A stretch of DNA of 62,479 nucleotides, counting the filler, from Sphacelaria rigidula (Eukaryota), in NCBI GenBank assembly GCA_964200075.2. It is 10 parts of 10 records of this genome, joined end to end, with 100 filler letters (N's around TTAATTAATTAA, not from the genome) between each part and the next. Parts side by side here need not be neighbours in the genome. Positions count along the whole stretch, not along the records: positions 6,259 to 12,416 come from CAXNAA020021869.1; positions 12,517 to 18,674 come from CAXNAA020021870.1; positions 18,775 to 24,932 come from CAXNAA020021871.1; 7 more parts are not named here. The stretch is one strand, 5' to 3'. The position numbers and the translations under genes were made by a program. This document shows positions 10,606 through 23,840 of this stretch, one piece after another. Every line of letters starts with the position of its first letter. Position 1 is the stretch's first letter. The notes beneath the pieces are model-generated. The model was given only the letters and a program-made list of their open reading frames with translations, was not told the origin of the DNA and searched no databases.

Positions 10606-12975
10606 CTCTGACCCCTCATGTGCTGCCAGCATAGCTTCACGTCGCCTGTAGTGTTGTTGTTGAGTACTAGGCAGAAGCATCAGCAGCGTGCAGTAAATTG
10701 TGTTCAGTGGAGAGCAATGGCACACTTATACTGGCTCTCACCGTTGTATCCAGTGGAGACATGCAGCAAACATACATACCGATTCTGCACGCAATTGACT
10801 GCAGGATCATCACTGGTTAGGGTTTCTCCGGGACTGTTTTCCATATAGATGACAAATATCCACATGTTCATGAAAAGGGAGTTTTGTGTAGCGAGAAAAG
10901 GGCAGTTCTGAATCCCAAATGTGGCACAGTCCAACTCAGTCTAGACGCCGAGAGTATAGGTCATCTGTTGAATAGGCATCAATTTCACTTGAAAGAGTAT
11001 TCAAGATTCAGATGGACTACCCTCGCGGTCGAAGGGTTAAGTCCGCTCAAATATGCATAGAAATCTGCCCAACCAGTCCCTGATCAGTTATCTGAACGGT
11101 ACTCAGCGATATACCCGAAACAAGTAATACTCAAGATTGTCCGTTGCAGTCCCCAATCTCTAGATTGACGTCCAACAATGTGCCGAGCGCAGCTGATACT
11201 CCGTGAAACCGTGATTCATCACCTATCGATCATGCACAACTCGGAATCTTTTCTATCCAACTCTCACATGATACTCGTGCGCTGTGTGCAGACTGAACCA
11301 GTCACGAGTTTTATCCAAATTCCGTTTCTGTCTAAGTAGTAACCGTTCGATGTGACCGTTAGCACACCAGTTTGCGGAACAGTTATACTGAGTGCCTCAT
11401 CCAAGTTAATGCTATTTCTTCTCAATGTTATGATGGCGGTGTTTTCGAAGGTCAGGCGCGAAGAAACTCCGCACCTCGCTTGCGATGACGCCGAAACTTG
11501 GAGGCTGTATTCATTGGTACAAAAGCAAGGTCTCACAGTCTCTTGTGCATCCGCACAAGGCGGTGAGGACCCAGTTTGCATTGAAAACGGTGGATACCCG
11601 GGGGACCAGTATTTATTTTTATTGAACACTCTCTGTATGATGACGAATATACTGGGTGCGTCATCGATCGGGCTCGCAGACCGGAACAGATCCTGCCGGC
11701 GTCATCGTCGATCTTCGCCCAGTTAGGGATGAACACCCGCAGAAATCCAGCAAAGAAGCAGCATTTACGATCCCTCATATACACGAGGGTCGGGAGCTGA
11801 AGATTCCCGGTCCACAAAGCTCGACATGTCAAGGTTGAGCTTCTCTCGCGCGATAACTGCGTTCTGCCACGGACCCTTGCCAGCGTACCCGACAAGGGGG
11901 CAACATACCCGTACAGAAAATATCAATGCCAGCGTATCTCAAGTGCTGATAGTCTGGAAGCTGGCAAGGTGGTTAAAGTAGTGTTCTTCTAGCAATACCA
12001 GCTTACAGTACCCTGGGACAGAGTTTGCATATGTATGGCGATTGTGTCACGGATCTATCCAGGAAGCGATCCGGGTCCTGAGGCAGTGTTGCGCCTTCCT
12101 CCACTCGCTAGGATTAGCGGTGTGTCATGTTCCAGTGTTGAAAATCGGAGGACGACAGTCCTCCCCTCAGTGCTTCATGCAGGACTTCCTTGTACTTGGT
12201 CATCCAAACTTCCATTCGAGTCTAGACCAAGCATCAGCAATCAATAGACGACTCCACGACTCTGCAATCCTGTGACTTTGGCTCATATTGCTTCCACTAT
12301 CTCATCACTGAGGATCCGCTGACCACATCCCTACTGAGCTCTCGGGTCAACGATCTCATATCAAGAACGCAACCGCATACAGGTACCTCGTAATGGTTTG
12401 GGATTGCCTGCAAAGCNNNNNNNNNNNNNNNNNNNNNNNNNNNNNNNNNNNNNNNNNNNNTTAATTAATTAANNNNNNNNNNNNNNNNNNNNNNNNNNNN
12501 NNNNNNNNNNNNNNNNGGAAAAAATACCGGGGCCCTTTAAGATTTTCCCTTTGATAAACGCCTTCGGGCATAGCCCACGTGCCCGATCCATATGCCGCTG
12601 TCCTGGCTGCTTCCCAGCCCCCCCCCCCCCCCGATCTGGTCAGATATCAGATCGTAGCCCCCCTCACCCTGGCGGAGTTGGATCCTCCAATTCGATCTGG
12701 TCAGATATCAGATCATAGCCCCCCGCCCCCTTCCTCTTTGCTGCATTGTAGCCCCTCACAGGTTTTGGTACGTGTTTGTGCTGAGTTCACCTTTCTTGTC
12801 GCTGTCGCATCTCTTCCCGTGTCCCCTGAGCATCTAGTGTTTTTTTTTTTAGTTTTGATGACTCGTTCTCTGCATGTGTGTGTTGTTGTCACTGCTCAAC
12901 CCCCTGCAGCCAGCCAATAGAGCTCGCCGCACGGCAGTTCTCCCTTCCGTCGTCTTGTTACATGGGTCCTTGGTT

Positions 12976-13311
12976 CAGTAGACCTTACGAACTGTACATA
13001 AACAATGGTTGGTACTCGATTTTACTTGATTTCAGACTCAAGAAAGTTCTAAAAAAAACATGGTCTGGGGCAGGTGAGCAGTGGTGAGTAGTAGACCCAG
13101 CTCGTCCAGAACGCGTTTTGGTCCAAAATCAGCTGAAAGGCGTCGATGTGAGCTCTGGCAACGCACACTCTGCCTAGGGTATACCTTGAGCCCCTCTTGC
13201 CCGAGGGTTCTGGGTATGCCTTGGTCGGGGTAAGCGTTAGGGTTAACGTTAGAATTGGCGGCATCTCTATTGTACCAACCATTGTTTACGTACAGTTCGT
13301 GAGGTCGCCTT
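12976..13311. mobile_element. hAT-like MITE
   Basis: 35-bp inverted repeats GACCTTACGAACTGTACATAAACAATGGTTGGTAC (12981-13015 / 13272-13306). Perfect 8-bp TSD CCTTGGTT (12968-12975, 13312-13319). Confidence 0.8.
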
Positions 13312-16113
13312 CCTTGGTTACCCGGTGTACTGCTAGTTATACTGCCGTTGTTGTAGGCCGTACTTATGCCCGACGACTGTTTCATGTCGAGGTGAGTTGC
13401 TGCCTTTCGACAATTCATCTGGATGTGTTCGTTTCTTTGTTCTACCCCTATCCCGTGGCGCAGCCTGGTCTGCTGGCGACACGGGTGTGTTTTCTTGTAT
13501 CGTTCCGCTGCCCGTGGTCCAGTGCTACCACGGGAATTACTAGTTTTACCGCCCTTGTTGTAGGCCGTATTTCCGCCGGACGATTGCTTTGAGTTGGGTA
13601 TTGCGTCCTGACGAATTGTTTTGTTCAATTGGCATCAAGGTTTTGCTCACAACACGCGATGGTTGATCCGCCGCGCTGAACGAAAAGTTCTCGCCAACGA
13701 CCTTTGGCTTTTCACCCTGAGTGTCGTCTTGGATGGGCTCGTGTCCACTCCCGTCCAGGTTTTGAATTTCGCACTTCGGGCACACCAAACCTGAACTTCG
13801 GCTGCATCCCCACTTGTATCTCCCTGTTGCTGCGTAGTCCCCCCCCCCACCCATCGCATTGTACGTCACGATGCGCGCCTTTTCCAAGGCAGGCTTAATA
13901 CTTCAAACGCCCTGCCACGGAAACGAGCGGGGTGCCACTCTCGCTATACGCGACGGATGTGCCGGGACTGTTTGGTAGAGTCTAGAGTTATATGGCCTGA
14001 GCACCCAGTGCTCAACGAAATACGTAGAAGACAATCTCGCACAGCGTCCGCTGTCGAACATGAAGTCCCAGCAGCAGAAGTGTATTGTCTTTTATTATCT
14101 CATTCAAATCAGACCGCTCATGTGCAGGAAAGCACACACACACACAAACAACACTGAACACGGTGGGGGGAGAGATGCGCCTTCGCATCTCCGTCGAGAG
14201 TCCTTCTCGAGCTACGGCGAATATCCCCCATTTAATCCCGCAGAAACATACCGCATACCACAATACAACTCCCCGTCGCTTCCGGATCATTCGAGAGCAA
14301 AAGTGAGAATAACCAACACTTTCCAGAACATTCCGAGAATCGATCCGAACCATCGTTCTCAGTACCATTTCTGGAAATCACCAGTACCGTTTCCCATCGG
14401 TTAATCCGCCACATTTTCCTCCGATAGTCTCGTGATAGTATCCTGGATCTTATATTTACCATGAGTGAAATCACACGATTAACAGGGACGGAGTCGGATG
14501 AAGACGTGGCGCTCTCTTGGATCTGCGTCCGATCAGAGCAGTTGCCGCGATGCTAAGCCGCAACTGCGCTTTCCCTCCCCTCTTCCCGGAATGTCTAGCA
14601 TTCCCTCCTTGTTCCGTTGGTAAATGAAGTCTACGTGTGCACACCATTTAGTGCTTTACTTTGTAGATGAACTTGCATGTGTGTTGTCTTGTTCAACATA
14701 GGTCGTGAGTGTCACGTACATACAACGTTTTCCTTCTTGTGGGTTGAACGTTTGATGCGTCGGATCGCAGCGATGCTCGCCTTTGAGAGGTGTGGGAGAG
14801 TCACGATTTTTTCTTCGCTTCATACTTTTGTACGAGTGTAGTGTAGACGATCCCTTTCTCGATGAGTTTTCAAGTTCCTCGGCGCAATTATATTTTGCCG
14901 AGGTGATGATGATTTAATTGCATAAGGACTCGTCTAGGATGGGCTAATGTGATGAGCTCGGAGGCGTGCAAGATATACGCTGTGCGGGTCTGCTCGCAGA
15001 CCCTGAGTTCCGTGACACTTTGTTACCGCGTGTGCTATGTGTCATTAGTTAGGATTGTTCGGGAGCGGCCAGAGGCCGCGCCGACCCACGTCGACCAGCA
15101 ACTGGTTTTGCCTTGGTCTACTCTGGGCCACCACTACGCTCTGCTCCTATGGCTGCGCTGCGGCTGTGCTGAGTAAGAGAGCTGCTTGTAGATACAACAT
15201 GATGCCATGGAACACGTGAGTTCCAAGCCAGCAGTTCACCTATGGATAAACCGACCGTGTGATTGTTCATGATGGATAGGTATAGGTCGTACGTTTGTGC
15301 CCACGTGAGAGCTTGGTTTAGCTGGAACCAATGGTATTTCCCGGTACTCGTGCGAGGGACCTCAGCCAGTGCATTAGCTACCACATCACTATAACAATTC
15401 ACTCGAGGGAGGCGTACGTGTTGATGCGCGCGCTTTACTGGGGGCATGTTCACGGGGCTTCCTCTCTCGCCGTGACAAAGAGCGGGGAACCTCCAAAGTG
15501 TTTGGGGAAAAGCCCAACTGCGTCTAGTTGAGTGGATGGGCTAAGCATCGGGGCATGCTCGGGTGAAGCTTGTGGACTGTCCGCTGGCAAGCTTGGCTGA
15601 GGAGTCATAGCCGAAGGTATAGTAGGATGGTTTATGTGAGAACCATTCAAGGGTAGCTTTGCATGGTGCAATCAACGCGAAGAATGAACTAGTTCGACCT
15701 GGGTGAGTGTTACATGGTCCGAAGTGGTCAAATTCAGACCAGCGGCACTTGAACCAGTCGAGTGAAGTACACTACTGCCTGTGCGTGCGGTCGCTGAGGG
15801 AAGCCGTTGCCTCACGGGCGGTTGGTGTTTCCATACCTAAGACTTCCGCTCAATTCTGAAGAACCAAGTCCAAAGTCGAGTGTAGAGCTAAGTGGTGAGT
15901 CAACGCAACTGTTACGCTGTGTGTCAAGAGGTGAAGACGGGGGTCGATATGAGCGGCCGTCATTAGTACTCCTGCATAGTGCCGGGGAGGTTGAGAGAGA
16001 AAGTGTTGTCACTCGTTCCGCGGTTAGTGTTGAAATAGTCTTCGTGTGTGCTGCCGGCGGCGCCGAAGACGTTAAAACGCCGGCGTCGGCATGTCATGGC
16101 TCGGTACGATCAG

Positions 16114-17700
16114 TCAAAAAGGAACCAGAGTTTCTGGCGTTGGGGGTCGAGTGATTGTGATGCGGCCCCGTGCGCTGGTGTCTATCAGCGGAGTTCTGGT
16201 GACGGTGAGAGGCATTCTCTCGTCGGCGGGAGCCAGAGTTGCCGTAATTATTGGGGCGACGGTCACGATTTGAGCGAGTATTGCCGCGGTTGTTAGAGGG
16301 CGGCGAGAATCACGGTTGGGTGTGCGGTATTTACGCATGCGTTTCTGCCATCGGCGCCATGCTGGCTCATCGTCCTGCAGCTCAGAATTCATAAGGTCGA
16401 AGGAGTTAATACAAGGGCGAGTACAATCGCGCATACTGTGCCCTTGGGTGTTACGGTTTATGCAACTATTTGCGTGGCGGCTGAAGACCTCATGTCTGGC
16501 AGCAGACGAGAGGAGGGGGTTCCACAAATGTGGATCATCTGTAGTAAACACAGAGGTAGGTACAGTGCAAACCTTATCCCAAGTCTCGGCGGAGTATGGC
16601 CATCCGTCAAAATTGGCGCGGAACGAATCACTCTTGTTTGCCACGTTCATGACGGAACCGGCGACTAAGGCGGGCACCCACGAGGAACGAGGCGAAGTGT
16701 GAGACCGGTGGCGGGACCCTGATCGGGTCGAAAAAAGTACAGAAGTGGACTGTGAACGAACTGAAGCATACTTGTCGCCGCGAATGGCTCGCGTCAAACT
16801 ATTTTTTTGATGGACAAACGCATTCCACATCGCGTCTACACAAGGAAAAGGGTACTTCCCGGTGTGCCAAAGCGCCGGGAAACAGTGACAGCATAAGCGT
16901 CGGAAACTGCTCAGAAACACTATTCATGGCATACGTTTTGCACAATGCATCCGACGGACCAGTCTGCCGGCCCACTCCCATAGTGCTGGACACGACAAGC
17001 TCAAAAGCACGAAGATAATCGGCAAAAGGAGCATCTGTTGCTACACCGAAGGGGTTTAGTCGCTGGATAACGCTACCTTGGGTGCTGCGGTCCAAGCAGC
17101 TCGTTAGACTCCGCTACAAATGACTGAGCAATGTTGGGCCTGTGACCCCTGGGGCACGATCCGCGTCCATAGCGGAGAAAAAATCATCAAGGATCTGAGT
17201 GAGGGAAGCGGCGGTGTCCAGCAAGCGGCGGTTGATTGCGCGATGCATGGCTTTGTGAAGAGGGGTCTGCCACCCATCTATGCAATCAGAGTCCTCGAAG
17301 CATTGGGCTCCCGAGGCGTCAGCTAATTGAAGAATGTTACGAACAGTCCTACGAATTGAAGCGATAAGAGCGGTGGTAAATTCGCCAGAACCTTCATCGT
17401 CGGCTGCAGGCATCGTTTTCACGTGCCAGAGTTTCTTGATACCCACCTGAATATACTCTCTTGGGATGGCAGCTACACGAGCGGAGGCGGCGGTGGTAGT
17501 GGGAGCTGTTGAATGAGTTTGGTGCTTGCGTGTTGAAGTGGCGGCAAGGTTGCGAGCCACAGCAGAAGACAGCGGCCGGTCAAATTGATCAGTGTCGGAA
17601 AGACCTAGAATGGTTCGTGACACGTCTTCGAGATGCGGGGTAACTTGCCTGGATCCAAACGAAACCGAGGGTGGTGGGTCTTGGTGATTGCGCGTCCGGG
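16114..17700 (-). pseudogene. gag: Gypsy-like gag, broken by a stop and a frameshift
   Basis: Consecutive ORFs 17114-17722, 16799-17095 and 16114-16920. Degenerate knuckle CINRNTQGHSMRDC. Homologous to the gag at 49313-49772. Confidence 0.65.
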
Positions 17701-17704
17701 ATCG

Positions 17705-17721
17705 TCCTACCGTCGACGCCA
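17705..17721 (-). promoter_or_regulatory. Primer-binding site TGGCGTCGACGGTAGGA (tRNA-Ser-like)
   Basis: Starts TGG 2 nt after the LTR. Resembles the complement of eukaryotic tRNA-Ser 3' ends (..CCTGCTGTCGACG-CCA). Confidence 0.7.
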
Positions 17722-17723
17722 AT

Positions 17724-18033
17724 TGTAATGAGATTGTTAAGCATGCACCCTTGTGTGCACGCGGGTCAGGTCAGATCCTTGCACGATCAGTCCTCGCAGG
17801 TTCAGGTTATGGCCGTTTCCAGCTCAGTTCACACCTCAATAGCTTCACGCAGTAAGCTATATCCACTTGATACAAAAGACTCTTGTTCACTCGTATTCGT
17901 TATCAATCTGTTCGATGCTCTCTCACTATGCTCACTGGCTATATATAGCACATCCGGCCTAGTCAAGCTCGATCAGACCCACAACTACAAAATCCCAGAT
18001 TTGATAATAAACGCCTTCTAGCTTCATGATACA
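17724..18033 (-). repeat. 5' LTR (310 bp)
   Basis: TGTATCATGA...CTCATTACA (TG..CA ends), an internal TATATATA, and a PBS 2 nt downstream. Confidence 0.75.
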
Positions 18034-18166
18034 TCATCATCACCAACATGCCCCCCCCGCCCCCCCGCCTCCCCGCCTCCCCAGCCATCGCCCCCGCCCC
18101 CAACGTCCCTGCCAATTCCTCTTTGCCAGCCCCCACCGCGCCGCCCCTGTTCCCGTGCTCACCCCC

Positions 18167-18229
18167 GCTCCCGTCTCAATGGTCAAACGACTAAGGCAAG
18201 CAACAAATAAGTGCGCCCCCCTTCCCCCC
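18167..18229 (+). mobile_element. Highly 5'-truncated LINE 3' end followed by a C-run
   Basis: GCTCCCGTCTC..AATGGTCAAACGACTAAGGCAAGCAACAAATAAGT followed by a C-rich tract. Confidence 0.75.
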
Positions 18230-18674
18230 AGCCTGGTCCGGCGAGAACCTGGCGTGCGCCGTCCCGGCTTTGTACGGGCGGACCCCCGATGGGGTTGGCG
18301 TCGGTTGGCGATGACGCTGTAGAACACGCCACTCACTGCGTAAGCTACGCATCCAGGTTACCAACGCTTTTGCGCGCTTGCGTTTTTTTGCGGTAACCAT
18401 GATGGTAGTCGGGCTAGATCACGCTGTGCGGTGTGGGAGAACCTCTACTTCGCACAATGGGGATGATCGTGCTACGTAATGTTTAAATGATAAGACACTC
18501 ATGAAGCAGTGTATAAGCCGTGGCCGTCTCAGAAAGTGGCGATACCACAAAGTAAAGCAACTCAATTGTAGGCTATCTTCCAAATGCAAGATAGTCAGCA
18601 GGCCTCGGGCCGAACAATCGTAGCAAGATGCAGCTCACCCTTCATGCGACTCGCCGAACACACCACGGCGCTTC
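18230..18674 (-). repeat. Repeat 'A', head-to-tail junction
   Basis: The downstream half of repeat A, an ~85-bp linker, then the upstream half, all in the same orientation. Confidence 0.75.
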
Positions 18675-19732
18675 NNNNNNNNNNNNNNNNNNNNNNNNNN
18701 NNNNNNNNNNNNNNNNNNTTAATTAATTAANNNNNNNNNNNNNNNNNNNNNNNNNNNNNNNNNNNNNNNNNNNNGAACGTACCTCTGCTAGGCCATCGCT
18801 CTCTATACTGTGCCAGGGAGTCTACGCGCCAACTCCAACTATGGCGCTCACACATTCGGCTCTTTCTCCCGCTCATTTGCTGTTCACGATGGCCACAACG
18901 ACCACGCCCCTTTCTCCCCGGAAATGGTTCACGAGTCTCTCCGCATCGACGAAATAACTGGACTCACAACTCACAACGCGTCGGTCTTTTTTTATACCGG
19001 GGTTTGTGAAACACCGTACTGTTCCGATCTCGGGGCTGGTGTCACGGTCAAGCTAGGCTCTTCCGTTACGAACGGGCGGTTGTCACATCATCGATGGTTG
19101 GTTCAAGCAAGGGATATGGCTTGTGACTAAAAACTGCACAGAAAGATCTCTGCTCAACTCGTGATCTATGCTGCAGGGTTTGGTTGGTAGCTGGGAATGA
19201 GGCTCACCTCCCACAGATACGGGTAACTCAAAGTGAATGAAAAGATTTTCGCGCGAAGCGCGATTATGGCCGAGCGTTCAAAAATCGGCACTCGGAAAAA
19301 ATTGAAAACCCGTCTGGAATCAGAGAAAGAGCTATCACATGGGACATGTCCTGTATCACTGTGCTGCAGCACAAACACACACATGCTCTCTCTCGTGTGC
19401 TGTAGCTGTCGCTGCGCTGTGGTATGCTCAGACCTTTGCGAAGACGATTTCGTCTCCGCTGGGACTGCCTGAGTTACTATATTGTCATTTGCGTTCGTCT
19501 CTACAGAAAATAATGTTTGTCAGCACGCAGTACTGTCTACACACTCTTGACATCTTCATGGTGCGTCAAACTGACAAGGCGCTTCCCACACCCACCATTA
19601 TAATGCTGTAGTTGTCGCCGTGCTGTTGTGCATTTGAACACTCTACGACGAACACGGTGTGATGTGCGCTGGAGAGTGCCTGAACAGTTGTACTGCTGCA
19701 TGCCGTGTTTCGGTCTGCACAGGATTGGGGTG

Positions 19733-19989
19733 TGTAGACTTCTGTCACTCAAGGTCAGACTGCCATGTGGACTCCTCCCATCATGGGCACATGGACTTAA
19801 GCAGCTTTAGTTATTCATATATTAACCCTCGGCATAGTACAGGAGAGCAGGACCATAGCCTCTCCCCACCAGAGTAGCAAAACCGGCTCTACTCGTCATG
19901 GAGGTCACCATCACAAAGTCCGGCAATCAGACCCGCAACTCCACCTACAAAGTCCCTGACCGTCGGTAACAAAAGTGGCTAGGTCTACA
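19733..19989 (-). repeat. 3' LTR
   Basis: Direct repeat of 23841-24097 with TG..CA inverted ends. Confidence 0.92.
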
Positions 19990-22249
19990 GCACCCCCAAA
20001 GCTGTTTACTACCAACAAGTAGTTACATCAGAGCTTGACAAACTCAGACATCACTGGTGCTTGATAGTACCGTTGTTTTCCGCAAAAAGTAGCAATCTCT
20101 TCCGCTGCCTTCAACAACAGCTCCATACAAGCTTGCCCTACTTCCGGACAACTCGCAAGAGATCCCAGGAAAATGTCGTTCATCATGAACATGCAATTTC
20201 GCTACTTGTACCACTTCGATTTACAAAGCGATAGCTAGCGCCAAATTCTCAAATCTTCGCCCAGAACAAGTCTCTTGACTCTTCATCGGCACGAAACCGG
20301 AAATGTCGGCGAACGTCAAATTCCAGAGCATTCGTGACTCATCGTCCCTCTCATCCGAAACAAGGTACTTCTCAACATACAAAATGCACTCCTTGTACGT
20401 TCAACACCCGCGCAACAGAGTGCAACAGCCAAATGATACATCATCCTCACGCTAGAAGGAAATAAGCACCCAACCCGTCTAAAACGCACCTGGCTTCTTG
20501 TTTCTGCAACACCGTAAAAAATGTATGCATCGCATTCCTCCCCGCCGTCAAAGCTTCAATGCTTCAACTTGCCATCATTTCATTCAGACAATCAAAGGAC
20601 TCAAACCACTATTGAAGTAATGCATACTAATCAAACGACGGCGAACGGACCTCGACCTCCGCCATCATTGATCACCCCTCGTGATCTTGTTCTCGAATTC
20701 TTGTTTTCAAACAAATCCCGGACATTTCTTTATCTATGTTGTATCTTGGACCGTCATATCCCATCCGTGCATCAGCCAAAATGTAGAAATAATGATTTCC
20801 TCGACACTCTTGCAGTCCACCTTCACCAGTTCTTCGAACAAATGAACGCATCATCCACATGCTTCTGACATGAACGGAAAACCAACAACGTGCTCGTTCA
20901 AACACGTGACACTTACACAAACGTGCCACGGTCAAAAATCATTGATGCATGCGCGCATAATGTCTTGATCTTCAACCATCGGAAGCACTCGCGTCATACC
21001 TGCTCACATACGACGAGCCTACGCATTTCGTACTTTTCAGCTCATGTTCACGCTAACAGCAGGTGTCACCGTCTCCTACAGTCAGTACGAGCCTAAGTAT
21101 TTCGTAGTTTATTGCTCATTTTCACGCCAACAGCAGCAATCCATGTATCCTGCAGTCAGTACGTGCAAACCGCACACATATGATTCGACTGTGTTCCTAC
21201 GCGTGTAAGATTATTCGAGGTTCACTTCATTTAGCATGCAGATGTATATTGAAAACTGCCCGACCATAGGTCGTCACTATATACCATTCATATCAGTACC
21301 ATTCGAGCAAAAATTCGCACATGCCTGCCAAATTTCCACTCAGCATGTGAAAATCCGCGCATGCATGCCAAATTTCCACTCAGCACATGCAATGCCACCT
21401 TCCTCGCAGCAAACACCATGCATCGTCCGTGCCAACCACATCAGCACAACACACACATGCCAAATATTCACGTGTACGCCAGAGTTTTACCCTGCACACG
21501 CGATACGATCATACTCGCTCCACAACCATGCTTCATGCGCAAACATGACCACTTACCACACAATAACAAGCTGCAACCATTCTCAAAACGATTCGTGAAT
21601 ACCAGTCAATTTGTGCTTCCTCATTCTCAACAAGCACCCAATCACCTCAGCACTTGCTCCTCAACATCATCACCCAACTCGGCGCTCATCACAACAGCAA
21701 ACACCTCGGGTAATGCCTTCTTTTTAGTCCTCCAGCCCGCTCCTGAGAAATAGCAGCACTCAAACCACAACCCCGTGCACAGCGTAGAGCATCCTTTCCT
21801 CTCGGACACGCCCTCCCTGCACCTTCCGTCTTGCTACACCTGGCACCCCCATGGTGTAGCTCAACACGCCGCTCAAAGGTATATTTGCATCGCCACACCA
21901 ATGCGACAGATCCTCGCCCCCACAGATGCTTGCGCATTCACGAACGCTCGTTCTTCAGTTGCTTTTACAGAGGGAATAAGAGGCAAAACGGGAGCATATA
22001 TACAGTCCTGCACAGCGACACCTTCCGGTGGCATCACGCCATCCTCCTCCAGCATCTGACCGTACAGCGACAAAGACACCGCGATCAACGCCGCCAAATA
22101 CGCCAGACCTATCCATGCAGTCAGCAGTGCACACGACCACCCCAACACCACGCGACGCTCGTCGTCGCCGTCAGAATAGTGATCGCTGATAGCATCACGA
22201 GCTTGCAGGTCGCTTTGCGTACCCGCTTCCCGCGGGTCACACGCCCCTA

Positions 22250-22740
22250 TTGTTTCGATCATACAAGGCGTGTCCACAGCTACGCGCTGCTCCGGCGGCA
22301 ATTCCGCCAACCCGGCATCCACCTGTCCTTCAAGCAGACACCCCTGCGGATCATCTGAACGATCTCCCGCCCTGTCACTGGCGCAGATAGATTCGCCATG
22401 AGCACGGCAAGCCCCAAGCTCACCCTGCTCGCTCGTCATACGCGAATAACACCCCCCTGCAGCTTCGAGCATGCAAGGAGTATGTCCAGCTACGCGCTGG
22501 CCCGGCGGCAATTCCGCCAACCCGGCATACACCTGTCCTTCAAGCAGACTTCCCCTGCGAATCATCTGAACGATCTCCCGCCCTGACACTGGCGCAGATA
22601 GATTCACCATCAGCACGGCAAGCTCCAAGCACGGCAAGCTCCAAGCTCACCCTGCTCGCTCGCCATACGCGAATAACACCCCCTGAAGCTTCGAGCATGC
22701 AAGGAGTATGTCCAGCTACGCGCTGATCCGGCGGCAACAA
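22250..22740. repeat. Internal tandem repeat, ~2.3 copies of a ~215-235-bp unit
   Basis: CAGCTACGCGCTG..CCGGCGGCAA recurs at ~22277, ~22487 and ~22713; CACCTGTCCTTCAAGCAGAC occurs twice. Confidence 0.85.
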
Positions 22741-22988
22741 ACAACTGGGACCTCCGCCCACCGGCACTTGCTCATTGGCCCATATAGGCCCCGCTCTCTC
22801 AACATCGCCAGCAGCAGCAGCAGTATCACCCATACTCGCTACAGCCGCCACCTCCTGTCCGGCTTGCTCCTCGACGGCAATAGCGGCAACGCCTCTAGCA
22901 CTCTCGTGCCTGCGCACTCGGACAGGCCAATGTTGTGTCGCCTTCTTGCCCGTCAAATTGTCGTGCCTGTCTCCACCGCCGCCGACCT

Positions 22989-23426
22989 TCACACTATCGT
23001 GCACCACACTCGGCGATGCATAAGATGCATGCATGCGCAGCGCACAGAGCAATTTCTCTTGCCCAACATCATTCGCACCATCCAAAATGTGTCGCATAGA
23101 CAGTTCTCGATATGTGCGGGCATGAGGTCAGAGATCGCTGGCTCCTCAACAACGTGCCAGCGTGCTTGACGCTCGTTCGTTGCGTGCACCTCACGAAGGT
23201 AGTCTTCATACTTTCGCAGAAACTGAACAGATTTTTCACTTGAGAACTTGCGACCGTAGTAGGGCATATCCAGAAATTGTACACGGACAGCGCAACCATC
23301 GATGACAACATATTGTTGCGGCGCACGAACAACCTGGCCGTCAACCGCGACATACTCCTGCACCCCGTACATTTCGGTCAGCAGTACAGCACTCCACACG
23401 CCTTTTTGAAAAACGAAGTCGCCCAC
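22989..23426 (-). pseudogene. Gag-like remnant of the LTR element
   Basis: First ORF after the 5' LTR. FLRKYEDYLREVHATN..ISDLMPAHIENCL resembles stramenopile Gypsy gag N-termini. Frameshifts into 22540-23097. Confidence 0.55.
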
Positions 23427-23840
23427 TCACAGGAACAACAACTCTCTCCTTATACCGAGACGCGCTGTACCAACTTACAACGACGACCACACACGCCTCT
23501 TTTTCACGCGGTTCTCACCACGTCTTGAAGTCCTTAGACTCCTCTTCTTGACCGCACCTGGCCAAGCGTGGAACAAGCAACTCTCGCTGGCTCCACCAGG
23601 TGGTAATTTCGCCGCTTTTCCGGAACGTGCACGAGCTCGCCAGCTGTCGGTCAACCCCCCGCACCTCTCGCACGAGCGATACCACAGTCCACCGCAGCAC
23701 TGCCTCAGAACCTCCTCGGCTCTACTTCTTCAACTCCTTGTTTGCTGGAAACTGATCAGACCTGCAGACTTCCCTATCTTGAAGTGTCAGCTACTTTTCA
23801 GCGGACCTACCGCTAGTCAGCGGACTTCATGAACGTTCAT

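Larger units (their letters stand above)
14440..18033 (-). mobile_element. Decayed Gypsy-like LTR retrotransposon (5' LTR, PBS and gag; no recognisable RT; 3' boundary uncertain)
   Basis: LTR at 17724-18033, PBS directly after it, and frameshifted gag-like ORFs with a degenerate zinc knuckle. Confidence 0.7.

Noticed and set aside
13228..13252. Telomeric TTAGGG-like repeats
   Set aside because: Only a few degenerate units, located inside a MITE.
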